Shown piece by piece: positions 12,651 to 25,940 of a DNA stretch of 64,000 nt. Within the stretch, counting starts at the first letter, position 1. Every line of letters begins with the position of its first letter. The stretch comes from Octopus sinensis. Its lineage: Eukaryota. A program made the position numbers and the translations under genes. The notes below the pieces were generated by a model. That model saw nothing but the letters and a program-made list of their open reading frames with translations, searched no databases and was not told the origin of the DNA. The stretch lies in the NCBI RefSeq assembly GCF_006345805.1, contig NC_042999.1, positions 43,400,001-43,464,000 on the forward strand, written 5' to 3'.

Positions 12651-13509
12651 CAATGAATGTATATCATCATAATTTTAAAAGCCACTGTTCGATTCTTGAA
12701 AGGATAAGATGATGGTGCTTATTGAGGCAGATTTTTCTATGGCCAGATGCCCGTCCTGTTGCCAACCCTCTCTTCCATGTAACATAATATTTCCCCATGA
12801 GCAGACATGTTTGTGTAGAATACTAAAAACGAATGATGCTGTTTGTTTGACAGTGGGGATCATATATAACTATCAGGTAATGTCAAGACAAGTGAGCACA
12901 CACACATTCAAAAACATACACACACATCTATCTCCCAAATCCACTCATAAGGCTTTGGTTAGGCCAGGGCTATCATTTCGTTGTTCGACCGTGGTCGAGA
13001 CAATGCAATTTACTATGTTACGCCAGACTTCAAGGTCCATCATAGCATTACAGAGGTCCACTGCATGGCACCTTAGATGTCTTCCATTATCACCCCAGAC
13101 CTACCAAAGCTCTAGTCAGTGGATTTGATAAGATGAAAACTGAAAGAAGCCTATTGCACATGTATGTATATATATATATATATATATATATTACACACAT
13201 ATACACACCTGTATGTATAAATGTATGTGTAAGTGTGTATGTGATTGTTTGCTTCCTTGTCTTAACATTTCATGATAGTTGCAAATGAGTGTTACTGTCA
13301 TTCAAGGTGTGTCTTTCATTTCTTATAATCTGAGAAAACCATGTTTGGGGCTAGTGGGGAAATATTACCTTGCTTGGAAACAGGTGAGGGTTGGCAACAA
13401 GAAGAGCATCCAACCATAGAAAATCTGCCTCAACAAACTCAGTCTGACCCATAAAAAGGAATAGGACATTATGATGATATGCATGCTTTATTTATTATGT
13501 GCATAACAC

Positions 13510-13650
13510 CTGGCCAATTTTCTTCCTGTAAAATTCAGAGGTGATCCAAGCTAGTGTAAGGGCTGAGAGTTTCCAAATCCAGGAAGACAAAATTCCTGGA
13601 TCATAGTGGCCCCCTGTTCCACCAGAAACAAGCTGTACAAATGCAGCCAT
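13510..13650 (-). CDS. Candidate coding exon or small ORF MAAFVQLVSGGTGGHYDPGILSSWIWKLSALTLAWITSEFYRKKIGQ
   Basis: Unique, GC-balanced open frame; upstream acceptor ttgtgccattttcag at about 13702; possible weak donor CAG|gtgtta, otherwise a stop at 13495. Confidence 0.3.
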
Positions 13651-14388
13651 CAACTTAGGAAGGAAGGAAGAAAGAGAGAGAAAGAGAGAGTGTGTGTGTG
13701 TCTGAAAATGGCACAAGTAGCAATACTGTGATATGCACATATGTAAAAGAATTAGCATTGAAAACAGCTAACAGTGATACGTGTGGAGGACGTGTGTGAA
13801 AGAACATTGTGTGGAAGAATATGTATGAGTGGGTGTCTGATTTAGTGTGCATGAGTATGCATGTGTGTATGTGTAGGTGTGCAAGCACCTTTGGAGAGTA
13901 AGTATATGCGGTGTTTGCACACATGTGAGTGTATGTACGTGTGCATGAGTATGTCTGAGTATGAGTGTATATATGTGAAAGAATGTATGAATATTAGTGA
14001 GTGGGCAAGTATTATATAATGTAAATGTATGAGTGAGTGAGTGTGTATGTGTGTGTGTGTCGTTTAATTAATTATTCTATTGAATCCAGATCTGATTATA
14101 ATGTTGGTGTCTGGATACATGTTAATCGAAGTGCATATCATCTAATTTTGCTGAGAGAGAGAGAGAGAGAGTATGCAGCAAGATAAATGTGTGCATACAC
14201 ACATACACACAGAAGTAACCATTTAGATATCATTCGAATATCAGTAGAAAAAAATATGGATTAGCATTGAAAAGGAAAGGGGAAAAAATCAAGATATGGA
14301 TTTAATAATAACTTAAATACTTATAGACAATATCTTGATTGAGTAGTTTTAAATGTTTCCACATGCAAATCCATAAAAACACACACAC

Positions 14389-14460
<72 letters not shown>

Positions 14461-14817
14461 ACACATGCACACAGACACAGAAAGACATATGCATATATAT
14501 TAACAAACATTTACATGTGTACAGACATCTATACGTATGCATATATATATAGACAGACAGATACATACACACAAGCATATACACACACATATATATAAAT
14601 ACATACATACATACATATTAACACATAGATACATACACACATGTATAGACGTATCATAGAGACATAGATACACATATATTCATATATAGGTATACATACA
14701 TACAGAATTAATGCTGAAATAAAATTTTTCAGGATAACAAAATATTTCATGTGTAAAGGATTTTTAAAAACTCAACAAAGCAAAATAATATTATCTAAAT
14801 TTAATTTCTTGTGCTTC

Positions 14818-14974
14818 AAATCTAATAAGCACACTAAAATAGGAGTGCCGTTGAACATATTAAAATACATATAAGCAGGTAATAAGGTAACGGGACTCAA
14901 TACTTTAATGTCTACCTATATGAATTTTGATATGTACAACAGCACTCCTGTTTTATAGTATGCTAATTAGATTT
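14818..14974. repeat. Long imperfect palindrome (fold-back or MITE relic)
   Basis: AAATCTAATAAGCACACTAAAATAGGAGTGCCGTTGAACATATTAAAATACATAT aligns with the reverse complement of 14927-14974. Confidence 0.85.
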
Positions 14975-15017
14975 AAACTATGGCCTATTTCATATATGTA
15001 AATATATACATATTAGA

Positions 15018-15427
15018 TACTAGCAGTATCGCTCGGCATTGCTCAGGTTTGTTTCGACCCATTAGAATTGGAATTTTTGAAAAGTAAAAATTTTGCATTA
15101 TGTAGCTTGTTATTCTCTTTAAGTGAACATTTTTCTGGTTGAAATACACCGAAAAATGGTGACACAGCTGTCAAAAAATCATAAAAAATAGGGATTTTCA
15201 TAGAAAAAAAGCACCTTTTTGATGTAAATAATTTTTGGTGTTAATTGAAGGAAGAGTAAGCTCTTGATGTAAATAATTTTTGGTGTTAACTGAAGGAAGA
15301 GTAAGCCTTCTATCATACTCTCAATTTTGGTCAACTTGCGCCGCAGGGTCTCAGAGGAGATAGTGTTAGTTGAAGGCTACCAAACCTGCCATACACAGAC
15401 AACTTCAGCTTTATATATATATAGAGA
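15018..15427 (-). mobile_element. Non-autonomous Helitron
   Basis: - strand begins TCTCTATATATATATAAAGCTG and ends CTAG with a degenerate GC hairpin just upstream; internal 44-bp tandem duplication at about 15218-15306. Confidence 0.6.
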
Positions 15428-16109
15428 TTTACTTCGCTGTATCAAGATTCCTGGATGTTGTTATACACCACTGCTCACAATGCACTTCTTCGAATTGTAG
15501 ATTTCGAATGATGCCAAGCTGCTGACTGAACAGAACATAAGTTCTTCGTAGAGTTTCTTATTTACAGCCGAGTGGACTGAAGCAACAAGAAATGAGGTGT
15601 TTTGCTCAAGAATACAACGCACTACAGGTCTTGGAATTGAAACCCTGACCTTGTGATCATGAGTGCAACACCCTAAACACTAGGCCATGCACCTTCATAT
15701 TCTCTTATTTTTTTACCCATTCAGTCCTTTCATTGCAGCCATGCTGTGGCACCGTCTTGAAGGATTTTAATCAAAGAATTCAACTCCAGGACTAGGTTAT
15801 TTTTAAGCCTAGTACTTATTCTATCAGTCTCTTTTGTCAAACTGCTAAGCTACAGGGATGTAAACACACCAACAACAGTTGTCATGCAGTGATTGGGGTT
15901 GGTGGGGGACAAACAAACACACACACACACACACACACATGGGTGAATACAGACTCTGCATTTCATAAACTGTACATGCCTGAATAGCTCAAGAGTAGAT
16001 TGAACACTTAGGTGAATCTAATTTTCTGAAATTGCAAATTATTGTGTGTGTTTTATTCTGACTTAACTAGGTGCACCAACTTAAGTACCTTAATCAACTG
16101 AATTTTATA

Positions 16110-16270
16110 TTATATATAGTTATTGGATGCTGAGAAAGGAAAGAAAGAAGGAGGATTTAACGTTTCGAGCAGAGCTCTTCGCCAGAAACATAGAAAAAGG
16201 AAAGATCCAAGGAAGGGAAGACGGAGGGGAAAAAAAAAAACGCCAATGATACACAAGCGGTCACATATTG
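16110..16270 (-). mobile_element. Penelope-like terminal repeat relic with a degenerate minimal hammerhead
   Basis: GTTT-CTGGCGA-A-GAGC TCT GCTC-GAAACGTT-AAAT at 16155-16189. Confidence 0.5.
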
Positions 16271-17944
16271 AATGACTGGAAGGGAATGAATGAAGAAAAT
16301 ATATATACATACACATACACGATGGGCTTCTTTCAGTTTCCATCTACCAAATCCACTCACAAGTCTCTGGTTGGCCTGAAGCTATAGTAGAAGACACTTG
16401 CCCAAGGAGCCATGCAGCGAGACTGAACCCAGAACCATATGGTTGGGAAGCAAGCTTCTTACCACACAGCCATGCCTAAGCCTATGTTTGTCCATCTGTA
16501 AGAATGATTTGGTAAGAAAATATTCTTTCATTACCATGGCATTTGGAAAGCAACATCCTATGCTTTTTCATAAATACAATTATATTTCTTTTTCTCCCCC
16601 TGCAAATTTATTTGTCATTATATAATTATTTTCTGAGATATCAATTCCCTTCAGTCAGCTAAATTTTGACATGCTTCTTTTGGCTTCCATCTAACAAACG
16701 CACTCACAAGGCTTTGGTCAGCCTGGGGCAATAGTAGTAAGACACTCACCCAAGGTGCCATGCAGTGGGACTGAACCTGAAACCATGCAGTTGGGAAGCA
16801 AGCTTCGTAACACACAGCCATGCCTGTTGCATTCCCTGCCATCTCACAAACTCGAACCAGTTCAAATTTTGTGTCATATTCTGTACATACATAATGGGTA
16901 TATGTATGGTTTATGTACACACACACACATGTATATAGAATATTAGATGCAGAGATTTCTGTACATCCTATATTTCAATTATCTTGGTGACAAAAATGAA
17001 GAAAAAAAATCAGAATATTACACATAGACCAACACAGGAACACAAAATAAAAGGAACGAATAGGAACAGTGAAACAGCATGAAATAAATACAAATGCCAA
17101 AACAAAAAAAAAATATATATATAAATATAGCAAAAATGGCATAAAACATTTTTAAAACACAATATGAGTTCTATTACAAAAATAAACAAAAACAGTTTAA
17201 AGTTAAAAAGAAAATTATACATATATCACTAAAAATACTTCCAAAATCAATTAAAATTAAGGGGAAGAGTAAAATATGAGCAGTCCAAATTCGAATAGAT
17301 CAAACAGATGCAAAACCAATTTTGCCATATTTTCATGGTGTTGCTAAGCAACAAAGTATAAATCGAATCAGATTTATATTTCAAGCAGAACGAAATGTGT
17401 GTGTAGAAAACAACTTTAAATGATTGATACAATAATATAAACAGCACAGAAAACAAAGAGAGAAAAAGGATAAGAAAAGCGAAAAGAGTGTACTGTATGA
17501 ATGCCAAGGCAATCAGAAATCCAACAACCACAAGAGAAGATATAAGAAAATTAGACAACCAATCATTACAGATAAGTGCAGTTCACAAGGATATATATAT
17601 AAACAAACCACACTTCACTTTTCATTCACAGAAAAGTCAGAAAATTGCAAAATAGTTAAATACATTCAGACTTTCCAACCACATACTTTTGTGTTAAGCC
17701 CCATATCCACTATATCCGCAGAATGACTCGAGTCTTGTGAGTGGGTTCGGTAGGAGAAACTGGAAGAAACCTGTTGTGTATGAGTGTACATGCATCATTA
17801 TCGTTAAATGTCCATTTCCCATGCTGGCATAGGTTGGACAGTTTGACAGGAGCTGGCCAGCCTCCAATTGTCTGATTTGGCATGGTTTCTACAGTTGGAT
17901 GCCCTTCCTAACGCCAACCACTTTACAATACCAGAGGGCGCACA

Positions 17945-18087
17945 CTCTCCTACCCTGATGTAATCTCCAAGGATACAGGCATCCAGCAACAGGACCTCCG
18001 TAATGCCATGATGGACCGTGAAGTCTGGCGTACCATGGTAAATTCCATTGTCTCGACCACGGTCGAACAATGATGATGATGATGACT
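17945..18087 (+). mobile_element. RTE-like LINE extreme 3' end inserted in a SINE C relic
   Basis: Encodes YPDVISKDTGIQQQDLRNAMMDREVWRTMVNSIVSTTVEQ*, then a (TGA)n tail; a second copy lies on the - strand at about 12973-13060. Confidence 0.7.
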
Positions 18088-18884
18088 TTACAAAGTGTGC
18101 TGGGTGCTTTTGACATGCTACCAGCACAAGTGCTCTTATGAGGCGCTCAGTCAGTTACCACAAGAGTTCCAGTTGATCTGACCAACAGAACAAACCACTC
18201 ATGAAATTAACATGTTAATAGGCTGAGCACGACATAGACAGACACGCAAACCCTTCAGATAGTTCTCAGGGAGATTCCGCATGACACAGAATGTAACATG
18301 GCTGTGCGTTTGAATAACCGGTACACCTAATTTTTGCCAGTTGAGTATACTGGAGCAATGAGAAAGAAAATGCTTTGCTTAAGGAGACAATGCACTGCTA
18401 TGAATAGAACTCACAGCCTTACAATCATGAGCTGAATACCCTAACCACTAAACCGCATACCTTCACAAACATAGAAGGGATATAATAAAAAGACAGAGTG
18501 GAACTCACTTTTTAGCTCTCCCTTTGTGCCTGTGTCAACACCTAGTTGTAAAATATTCATAAGAAACATGGTTCCAGGTTCAGTCCCACTACACGGCACC
18601 TTTCTTCTGTAGACTCAGTTTGACCAAAGACTTGAGTGGATTTGGCAGACAGAAACTGAAAGAAGCATGTCATGCCTGTATGTCCACATCCCCACCATCA
18701 CTTGACAAGCAATGTTGGTGTGTTTACATCCCCTGTAACATAGCAGTTCAGCAAAAGAGCCCGACCAAATAAGTACTAGCTTACAAAGAATAAGTCCTAG
18801 GGTCGATTTCTTCAACTAAAATGTAGTGCTCCAGCATGGCCGCAGTCAAATGACTAAAACAAATGAAAGAATAAAAGAATCACT

Positions 18885-19148
18885 GGACTGACTCCTGTGC
18901 AGGTGGCACGTAAAAAACACCATTTGAGTGTGGTCGTTGCCAGTACCGCTAGACTGGCCCTCATGCCGGTGGCACGTAAAAGCACCCACTACACTCTCGG
19001 AGTGGTTGGCATTAGGAAGGGCATCCAGCTGTAGAAACTCTGCCAGATCAGATTGGAGCCTGGTGCAGCCATCTGGTTCGCCAGTCCTCAGTCAAATTGT
19101 TCAACCCATGTTAGCATGGAAAGCAGATGTTAAATGATGAATGATGAT
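18885..19148 (+). mobile_element. SINE family C
   Basis: GGCACGTAAAAGCACC subrepeats, V-like motif, (GAT)n tail. Confidence 0.8.
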
Positions 19149-19654
19149 TCACTTAAACCCAGATTTATCTGTGAAATTGGAATTGTATAGTTGGTGATGA
19201 GAGTGGAAAAGATTAAAGAAGATTTGAAAATATATCAAATGTGAAGAAAGTTAGGTGGTCACAGACAGAAGTTGTGGTGAATGATGGTGTGCTATACAAC
19301 TATCCTATGTCAGCGAAGAAAACAGATATAAGCATGAATTTGTAGTGTAAAAATACACATAGCAGGCTTCTTTCAATGTTTGTCAACCAAATCCACACAC
19401 AAGGCTTTAGCTGACCCAAACCAGGAGTAAAAGACTGTTGCCTAAGGAGCCATGCAGTAGGACTGAACCCGGAACCATGTGGTTGGGAAACAAACTTATC
19501 ACACAGTCACGCCTGTGCATATGTATATGACCATGTGGTTAAGAATTGTGATTTAAAGCCACATGTGAACACAGTTGTTATCAATTGTAAGTTGAGCAAT
19601 GTCTTGAAATTGAAATACAGAAGACAGAAACTGTAATATTTTTGTCATATACTG

Positions 19655-20045
19655 CGTGGTAAGTAGCTTGCTTACGGACCACATGGTTCCAGGTTCAGTC
19701 CCACCGCATGGCATCTTGGATAAGTGTTTTCTACTATAGCTTGGGCCAACCAAAGCCTTGTGAGTGGATTTGGTAGACGGAAACTGAAAGAAGCCCGTCG
19801 TATATATGTATATATTGTGTGTATATGTTTGTGTATCTGTGTTTGTTCCCCACATTGCTTGAAAACCGATGCTGGTGTATTTACGTCCCTTGTAACTTAG
19901 CGGTTCAGCAAAAGAGACCAATAGAATAAGTACTAGGCTTACAAAGAATAAGTCCTGGGGTCAATTTGCTCGACTAAAGGTGGTGCTCCAGCATGGCAAC
20001 AGTCAAATGAATGAAACAAGTAAAAGAGTAAAAGAAGAGTAAAGA
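19655..20045 (+). mobile_element. SINE family A, near full length
   Basis: A-box-like GTGGTAAG, B-box-like GGTTCAGTCCC, core, tail. Confidence 0.85.
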
Positions 20046-20357
20046 GCACATGCATGTGTGTATGTATATTTTCCCCATGTCTTGGCATGTGCATACTAAT
20101 TGCAAACAAAAAGTCACCACCATATATAAGCAGTGTCACTTGTTTTACAATCCTCTGCAAAAGTATGTCCAGCCATCAAGCTGTCCATTTGTCAAAAGGA
20201 TTTGGGGAAGTATAACCATACCTGAAATCAAGTGAAGTTTAGTGACAGGAAGAGCATCCAGCTGTAAGAAAATCTGCCTCAGCAGGGTTTGTTTGACCCA
20301 AGCATATATCAGGAGGTGACCATTAAAATGATGATAATGATGATGGTGATATATTTC

Positions 20358-20573
20358 TTAACCCTTTAGCATTTAAACCGGCCATATACAGCCCTAATCT
20401 ACCAGTTTTATCTTCAGATCAACCAGACTTGGCCTATCACACCATCCTACAATGTCATTCTAAAAATAAACACATCCTTACAATCTCAAAGCTATGAGAT
20501 AGTGCATAATCAATTCAAAACAATGCAAATAAATAAGCTACATTGACAAAATAATCTGAATGCTAAAGGTTAA
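20358..20573 (-). mobile_element. MITE family D, intact piggyBac-like copy
   Basis: TTAA|CCCTTTAGCATT ... AATGCTAAAGG|TTAA terminal inverted repeats with TTAA flanks. Confidence 0.8.
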
Positions 20574-21654
20574 AACTCTTGAGCAAATTAGATTAATATG
20601 ATTTCTCTTTAAGTCACGGAATAGAATAAGAAAATAAATAATCACAAAGAACTGTCCTAAAATAAACACTGACAGAGAAAAATGCTTCAAATAGATAACA
20701 TATTTTGAGTATGAATTCAGTTTTAAAAAAACAACCAGACAGCCCAATAAGAAGTAATCTCATTATCTTACAGGTATATAATTATATCATCCCCAACTGA
20801 CGACCCACCTAATAGATGAGATACTTTATTCAGATCCAGACTTCAACGGAAGAAGTAAATGAAGCAATAAGGACACAAGCATGGCTGTGTGCTTACAAAG
20901 TTCACTTCACAATCATGTGGTTTCAGGTTCAGTCCCTGTGTGCAGCACTTTGTGCTATTATAGGCACAAGTCAACCAATGTTTTGCAAATGAATTTGGTA
21001 GATGGAAACTAGAAAATCCAGTGTGTATATGTATATGTGTGCATGTATGTATGTTTGTGTAATAATGGATTCTTCTGTTGAAAACAACATATAAGCATTC
21101 AGCTTTTGCCATACGACCTGCACAAATGATTTGTTTATAGTGATCAAATGTGTGCCACACATTAGCTCACTCTCTCTATCAAATCAATGTTGTCTGAACA
21201 GGTACATTGTGTACCATGCATCAGGTGTTGAAGTGATTGCAGAGCGACACAAGATGAAGTGTTTTGGTTAAAAACACAATGCACTACCCAGTCAAGGAAT
21301 TGAAACCACGATCTAGCAATCATGTGTGCAACACCTTAACCTCTAAGCTAGACATACATATATACATGCATGTGTGTGATAGTTGTAAAAGAGTGTCATT
21401 GTCATATAAGCCGTGCCATTTTCCAATATATGTTGTCATGGAGAAATATTGCTTTGCTTGGAAACACGAGGTTTAGCAACAGGAAGAGCACACTGCTATA
21501 AAAAACCTACCTCAACAAATTCCATTTGAGTCATACAAGCATGGAACAATGACGATGAGAGTGATATATATTTTGAACTTTTACAAGTTAAAGCTTGCTC
21601 ATGTCTGTTGAACTGACACCCAACATCAGTCTCACATTGGTGAGCAAGCTCGAC

Positions 21655-22250
21655 CCCTTAACATTCAGATTACTTGGTCAAATGTAAAGCTTATTTATTC
21701 ACATTGCTTTGAATCCATCATTCATTATCACATAGCTTCAAGATTTCAACAATGTGATTCTTTATTGGTTTCAGTCATTTGACCGCGGCCATCCTGGGGC
21801 ACCGCCTTTAGTCGAGCAAATCGACTCCCAGGGCTTATTCTTTGTAAGCCTAGTACTTATTCAATCGGTCTCTCTTGCCGAACCACTAAGTGACGGGGAC
21901 TTAAACACACCAGCATCAGTTGTCAAGCGATGTTGTGTGGACAAACACATACATAGATATATACGACGGGCCTCTTTCAGTTTCCGTCTACCAAATCCAA
22001 TCACAAGGCTTTGGTCGGCCCGAGGCTATAGTAGAAGACACTTGCCGAAGGTGCCATGCAGTGGGACTGAACCCGGAACCATGTGGTTGGTAAGAAAGCG
22101 ACTTACCACACAGCCACTTCAGATTGATTTTTTTTTTTTTGTTTGAATGATACTGTTGTACAGGTATAAGAGGCCAGATCTGCCCAATTTAAACATAAAG
22201 CAGCGAGAATATTTGAGCCAGATGTTACCAGTTTAAATACTAAAGGATTT
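21655..22250 (+). mobile_element. MITE D interrupted by a minus-strand SINE A (about 21761-22118)
   Basis: The two MITE halves are collinear across the SINE. Confidence 0.8.
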
Positions 22251-23562
22251 AAATTCAAAGTCAGTCTACATTTTCTTTGTAAACGTTTAATAAATATGTA
22301 TTGAGTGATCCTTCAGTTTTTTATATAACTGTACAAAAAAGTAAACATTAATAAATAAAAATATACATAGATATACACACACAAGTGCATGTCTCTTTGC
22401 ATGAATGTTTATGGTCTGTTTTTCTCTAAAATATCACTGCGCAATGAACAGTGATGTTTCTTAACATTTTCCTATCAACAAATTATCCAGCGGCTCTGCA
22501 CTTTTGAAGATGAATGGAATTACAACTCTCATCCTTGTAAAACAGATAACAACCAACAGCAGGAGCCTCCAGTGGTAAAAACAATGTCTCAATGATAGGT
22601 ATTCACCTAATCTATGTTTGCATAGAGAAACCAACACAACAACAAATAAACAAAAATAGATTAAATAAAGGATCTCATGCAGTCCCTCTATGGGTCATGC
22701 CATCTCTGGTGGCCTTCCTTATAAAATACCTATGGCAAGCTAGGCATATTTTGTAACTACACAAAAGAAGATAATGATGATAACTGAAATTTGAAAATCC
22801 AAGAGAAAATGAAACCATGAGGATTGTGCTTCAGACAAGTTTATTTGAGCAATTTGCATTCCATCAGAAGAGATATTATCAAATGGGAATACCCAAGATT
22901 TGTAAGAACACTAAGTTTGAAATAATTACAACTAGTTAAACGCAACTCATGTAACTATGAAATATGTAGAGAGCCTTTTGCTGAACCCATCAACTTCAAG
23001 GTTTTCAACCTTTCTGCTGAATTGATAATACATTAAACAAAATTGTTTTGTTATACAAATATCATCATCTTTGTTGATTTAATGTCTGGTTTCCATACTG
23101 GCATGGGTTGGACAGTTTGAGAGGAACTGGCAAGCCAGGGGACTTCATCAAGAACCAATATGTGTTTGCATGGATTCTACGGTTGGATGCGCTTCCTAAT
23201 GCCAACCACTTTACAGGATGCACTGGGTGCATTTTTCAGCACATACCCAGAAAGTTTGGGAGAGGGACCAGTTGATTATATTAATTCCAGTGCTTGACTG
23301 CTATTTTCATCAATCTCTAAAGAATGAAAACCATAGATGACTATAGCAAGATATTAACTCTTTAATTTATCATAATTAGATCTCAGTTAAACTAATAACG
23401 ATATAGGTCTTGCTCATTCTATGATATCCAAAAATTTTCACAATATTCTTCATATAGGGCACACCAAACAACAATGAGATATGATGAAGAGGCATACCAG
23501 AAGGAAAACTATTTCGGCAAATCCGCATTAGAATATGGTTCCACATTAAAAAAAAAAAAACA

Positions 23563-23784
23563 CTCTCTTTACTCTTTTACTTGTTTCAGTCATTTGACTG
23601 CGGCCATGCTGGAGCACTGCCTTTAATCGAGCAACTCGACCCCGGGACTTATTCTTTTGTAAGCCCAGTACTTATTCTATCGATCTCTTTTGCCAAACCG
23701 CTAACTTACGGGGACATAAACACACCAGCATCGGTTGTCAAGCAATGCTAGGGGGACAAGCACAGACACACAAACACACACACG

Positions 23785-23818
<34 letters not shown>

Positions 23819-23985
23819 TACGACAGGCTTCTTTCAGTTTCCGTCTACCAAATCCACTCACAAGGCTTTGGTCGGCCCGAGACTATAGTAGAAGACACTT
23901 GCCGAAGGTGCCACGCAGTGGGACTGAACCCAGAACCATGTGGTTGGTAAACAAGCTACTTACCACACAGCCACGCCAGTGCCTA
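23563..23985 (-). mobile_element. SINE family A, full length, young
   Basis: High identity to the copies at 43450 and 63080; CpGs retained. Confidence 0.9.
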
Positions 23986-25354
23986 TTAAATTCTTTTATT
24001 TTTATCTTTTACTTGTTCCAAATATTGGACTATGGCCATGCTGGGGTACTGCTGTGAAGAATTTTAGTTGAACAAATCAAACCCAGTCTGGTACTTATTC
24101 TTTTAAGTTTGGTATTTTATTCTATCAATCTCTTTTGCTAAACTGTTAAGTTACAGGGATGAAAACAAACTAAAACCAGTTGTGAAGCTGTGGTAGAGAT
24201 AAACAACACACACACACATATACATACAACAGGCTTCCACACAGCTTCCATCAACTAGATTCACTCAAGGCACTGGCCAGTCTGGTGCTATAGCAGAAGA
24301 CATCCAAAATGCTGTGCAGTGGGATTGAACCTATAACAGCATAGTTGAGAAGCAGGTTTCTTAACCACACAGCTACAAATTGATCAATAGTTTCATGGAA
24401 TGCTTTACAGAAAACAAGGTGCACACTGGTACAACTGCATTCTAGCTTTCAGTCCATGTGAATTTACTATGACAGTCAAAGAGACCTAGAAGTTGCCAAA
24501 ACCTCTCCAGATAGCAATGGTACTCCATATACTGTCCTTCCTACTCACTGCACAACTCTTCCATATAATCAAATGAACTGAACCCAAGGATTAACTCAAG
24601 GGAAGTGACAGAACTTCTGGAAAAAAAAAACAGAATAAGAACAACATTGATAAAAATATCAGGTGCTGAATGGGAAGCTGTGGCTATGATGCTGTTCTTG
24701 CAGGTTTTAGTAATTAAAATGCAAACTGTTTATAACAACAAAAAACTCTCTATCCACCTTCCTCCACCACCATCACCACCAACGCCATCATGAAAGAGGG
24801 CTTATTTGTTGTAGAAAGCAAGGTAGTTATTAATTAGCCTTATCGAGACTCATTCATAATTTCAGGCCCTAAAAAAAAGTATAGAAAATGCGGGGGGGGG
24901 GGGGTAAATAAATACCCCTTGATGGAGGAGGTGTGCGGACAAAGAAGCTAGAAGACAATGATAGGACATGGGGGAGAGGTATTGGAGAAGGCATAACAAG
25001 GCAGCAAGAAAAACTAGGGTAGATGATAAGAACAGCGGAGAAGCGGAGAGGGGAGACTACTGACAACTATCCGCGACAAAGCTTCTCATGCATAACTCCC
25101 TGGAACACCCTCAAACACTACTAGCACCACCACCAGCAGCGCGATCAGCACCACCCTAATTTTGGCACAAGAAGCCAGTGCTATTCATTGTCATACTTCT
25201 CCCTCCCTCTACGCTTCTGGGGTGGGAGGAGTAGTAGTGCACAGTTGAAGACAGAGGAGCATGTGTATACACACACACACACATTCTGCGATCACTCTCT
25301 CTCTCTCTCTCTCTCTCCCCTAAATAAGTAAGAAGAGGAAAACTGAAGAAGGAG

Positions 25355-25368
25355 GTAGCCATGGCAAC
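25355..25368. promoter_or_regulatory. RFX X-box motif GTAGCCATGGCAAC
   Basis: 13/14 match to the palindromic X-box GTTGCCATGGCAAC, inside a SINE-free, CpG-containing island. Confidence 0.55.
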
Positions 25369-25863
25369 AGAGACAGACAGTAGCATGTGCTCACATTTGC
25401 AATAGGGAATATGTACGCACCACGCTCTGAAGATGTAGAGGCACACACAGACACAAAGATATACTCTCACACACAAACAAACATACACACTCGCTATACA
25501 TGTGGTATATGTATGTATACAAGAAACATCCAGCATCAGGAAGATCACACTTACAGATAATAGTAACACATCAATATACCAGCAAGCACACACATACACA
25601 CACACACACAAACATGTACACACATAGAAACAAAGAATTTTTCTAAAAATTTATCTTCACATTAGAATACAATAAAGATTTTTATACACACACACACACA
25701 CACACACAAACACAGAACAGCCTGAGAATGGAAGCTGGAGACAAGGAGGTGAGGAAGAAGACAGACAGACAGACAGACAAACAGGCAGAAGTCGCTTCCT
25801 ATGCCTGTTCAGCTATTGACTAACAAACACACCATCTGACCAGTCTCATTATTCTGCTGCACT

Positions 25864-25877
25864 GTTGCCATGGTGAT
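25864..25877. promoter_or_regulatory. Second RFX X-box-like motif GTTGCCATGGTGAT
   Basis: Perfect GTTGCCATGG half-site and spacer with a degenerate right half. Confidence 0.45.
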
Positions 25878-25934
25878 GTCTAGCTGCAAAGTTGTTGCTA
25901 AAGCAAGCACTAACCGCTTTTACCTACGCCTTAC

Positions 25935-25940
25935 CTCCAT
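25935..25940 (-). CDS. Candidate start codon in a first coding exon (Met-Glu)
   Basis: gggGCGATGGAG|gtaagg: good Kozak context immediately followed by a strong donor, within the promoter-like island. Confidence 0.25.

Noticed and set aside
17010-17558. Hydrophobic ORFs resembling membrane proteins
   Set aside because: By-product of T-rich composition on the - strand (F/L/I rich); no family motif.
25087-25185. Signal-peptide-like frame IALASCAKIRVVLIALLVVVLVVFEGVPGSYA on the - strand
   Set aside because: Bounded by stops with no ATG or acceptor; arises from (GTG)n-like low complexity.
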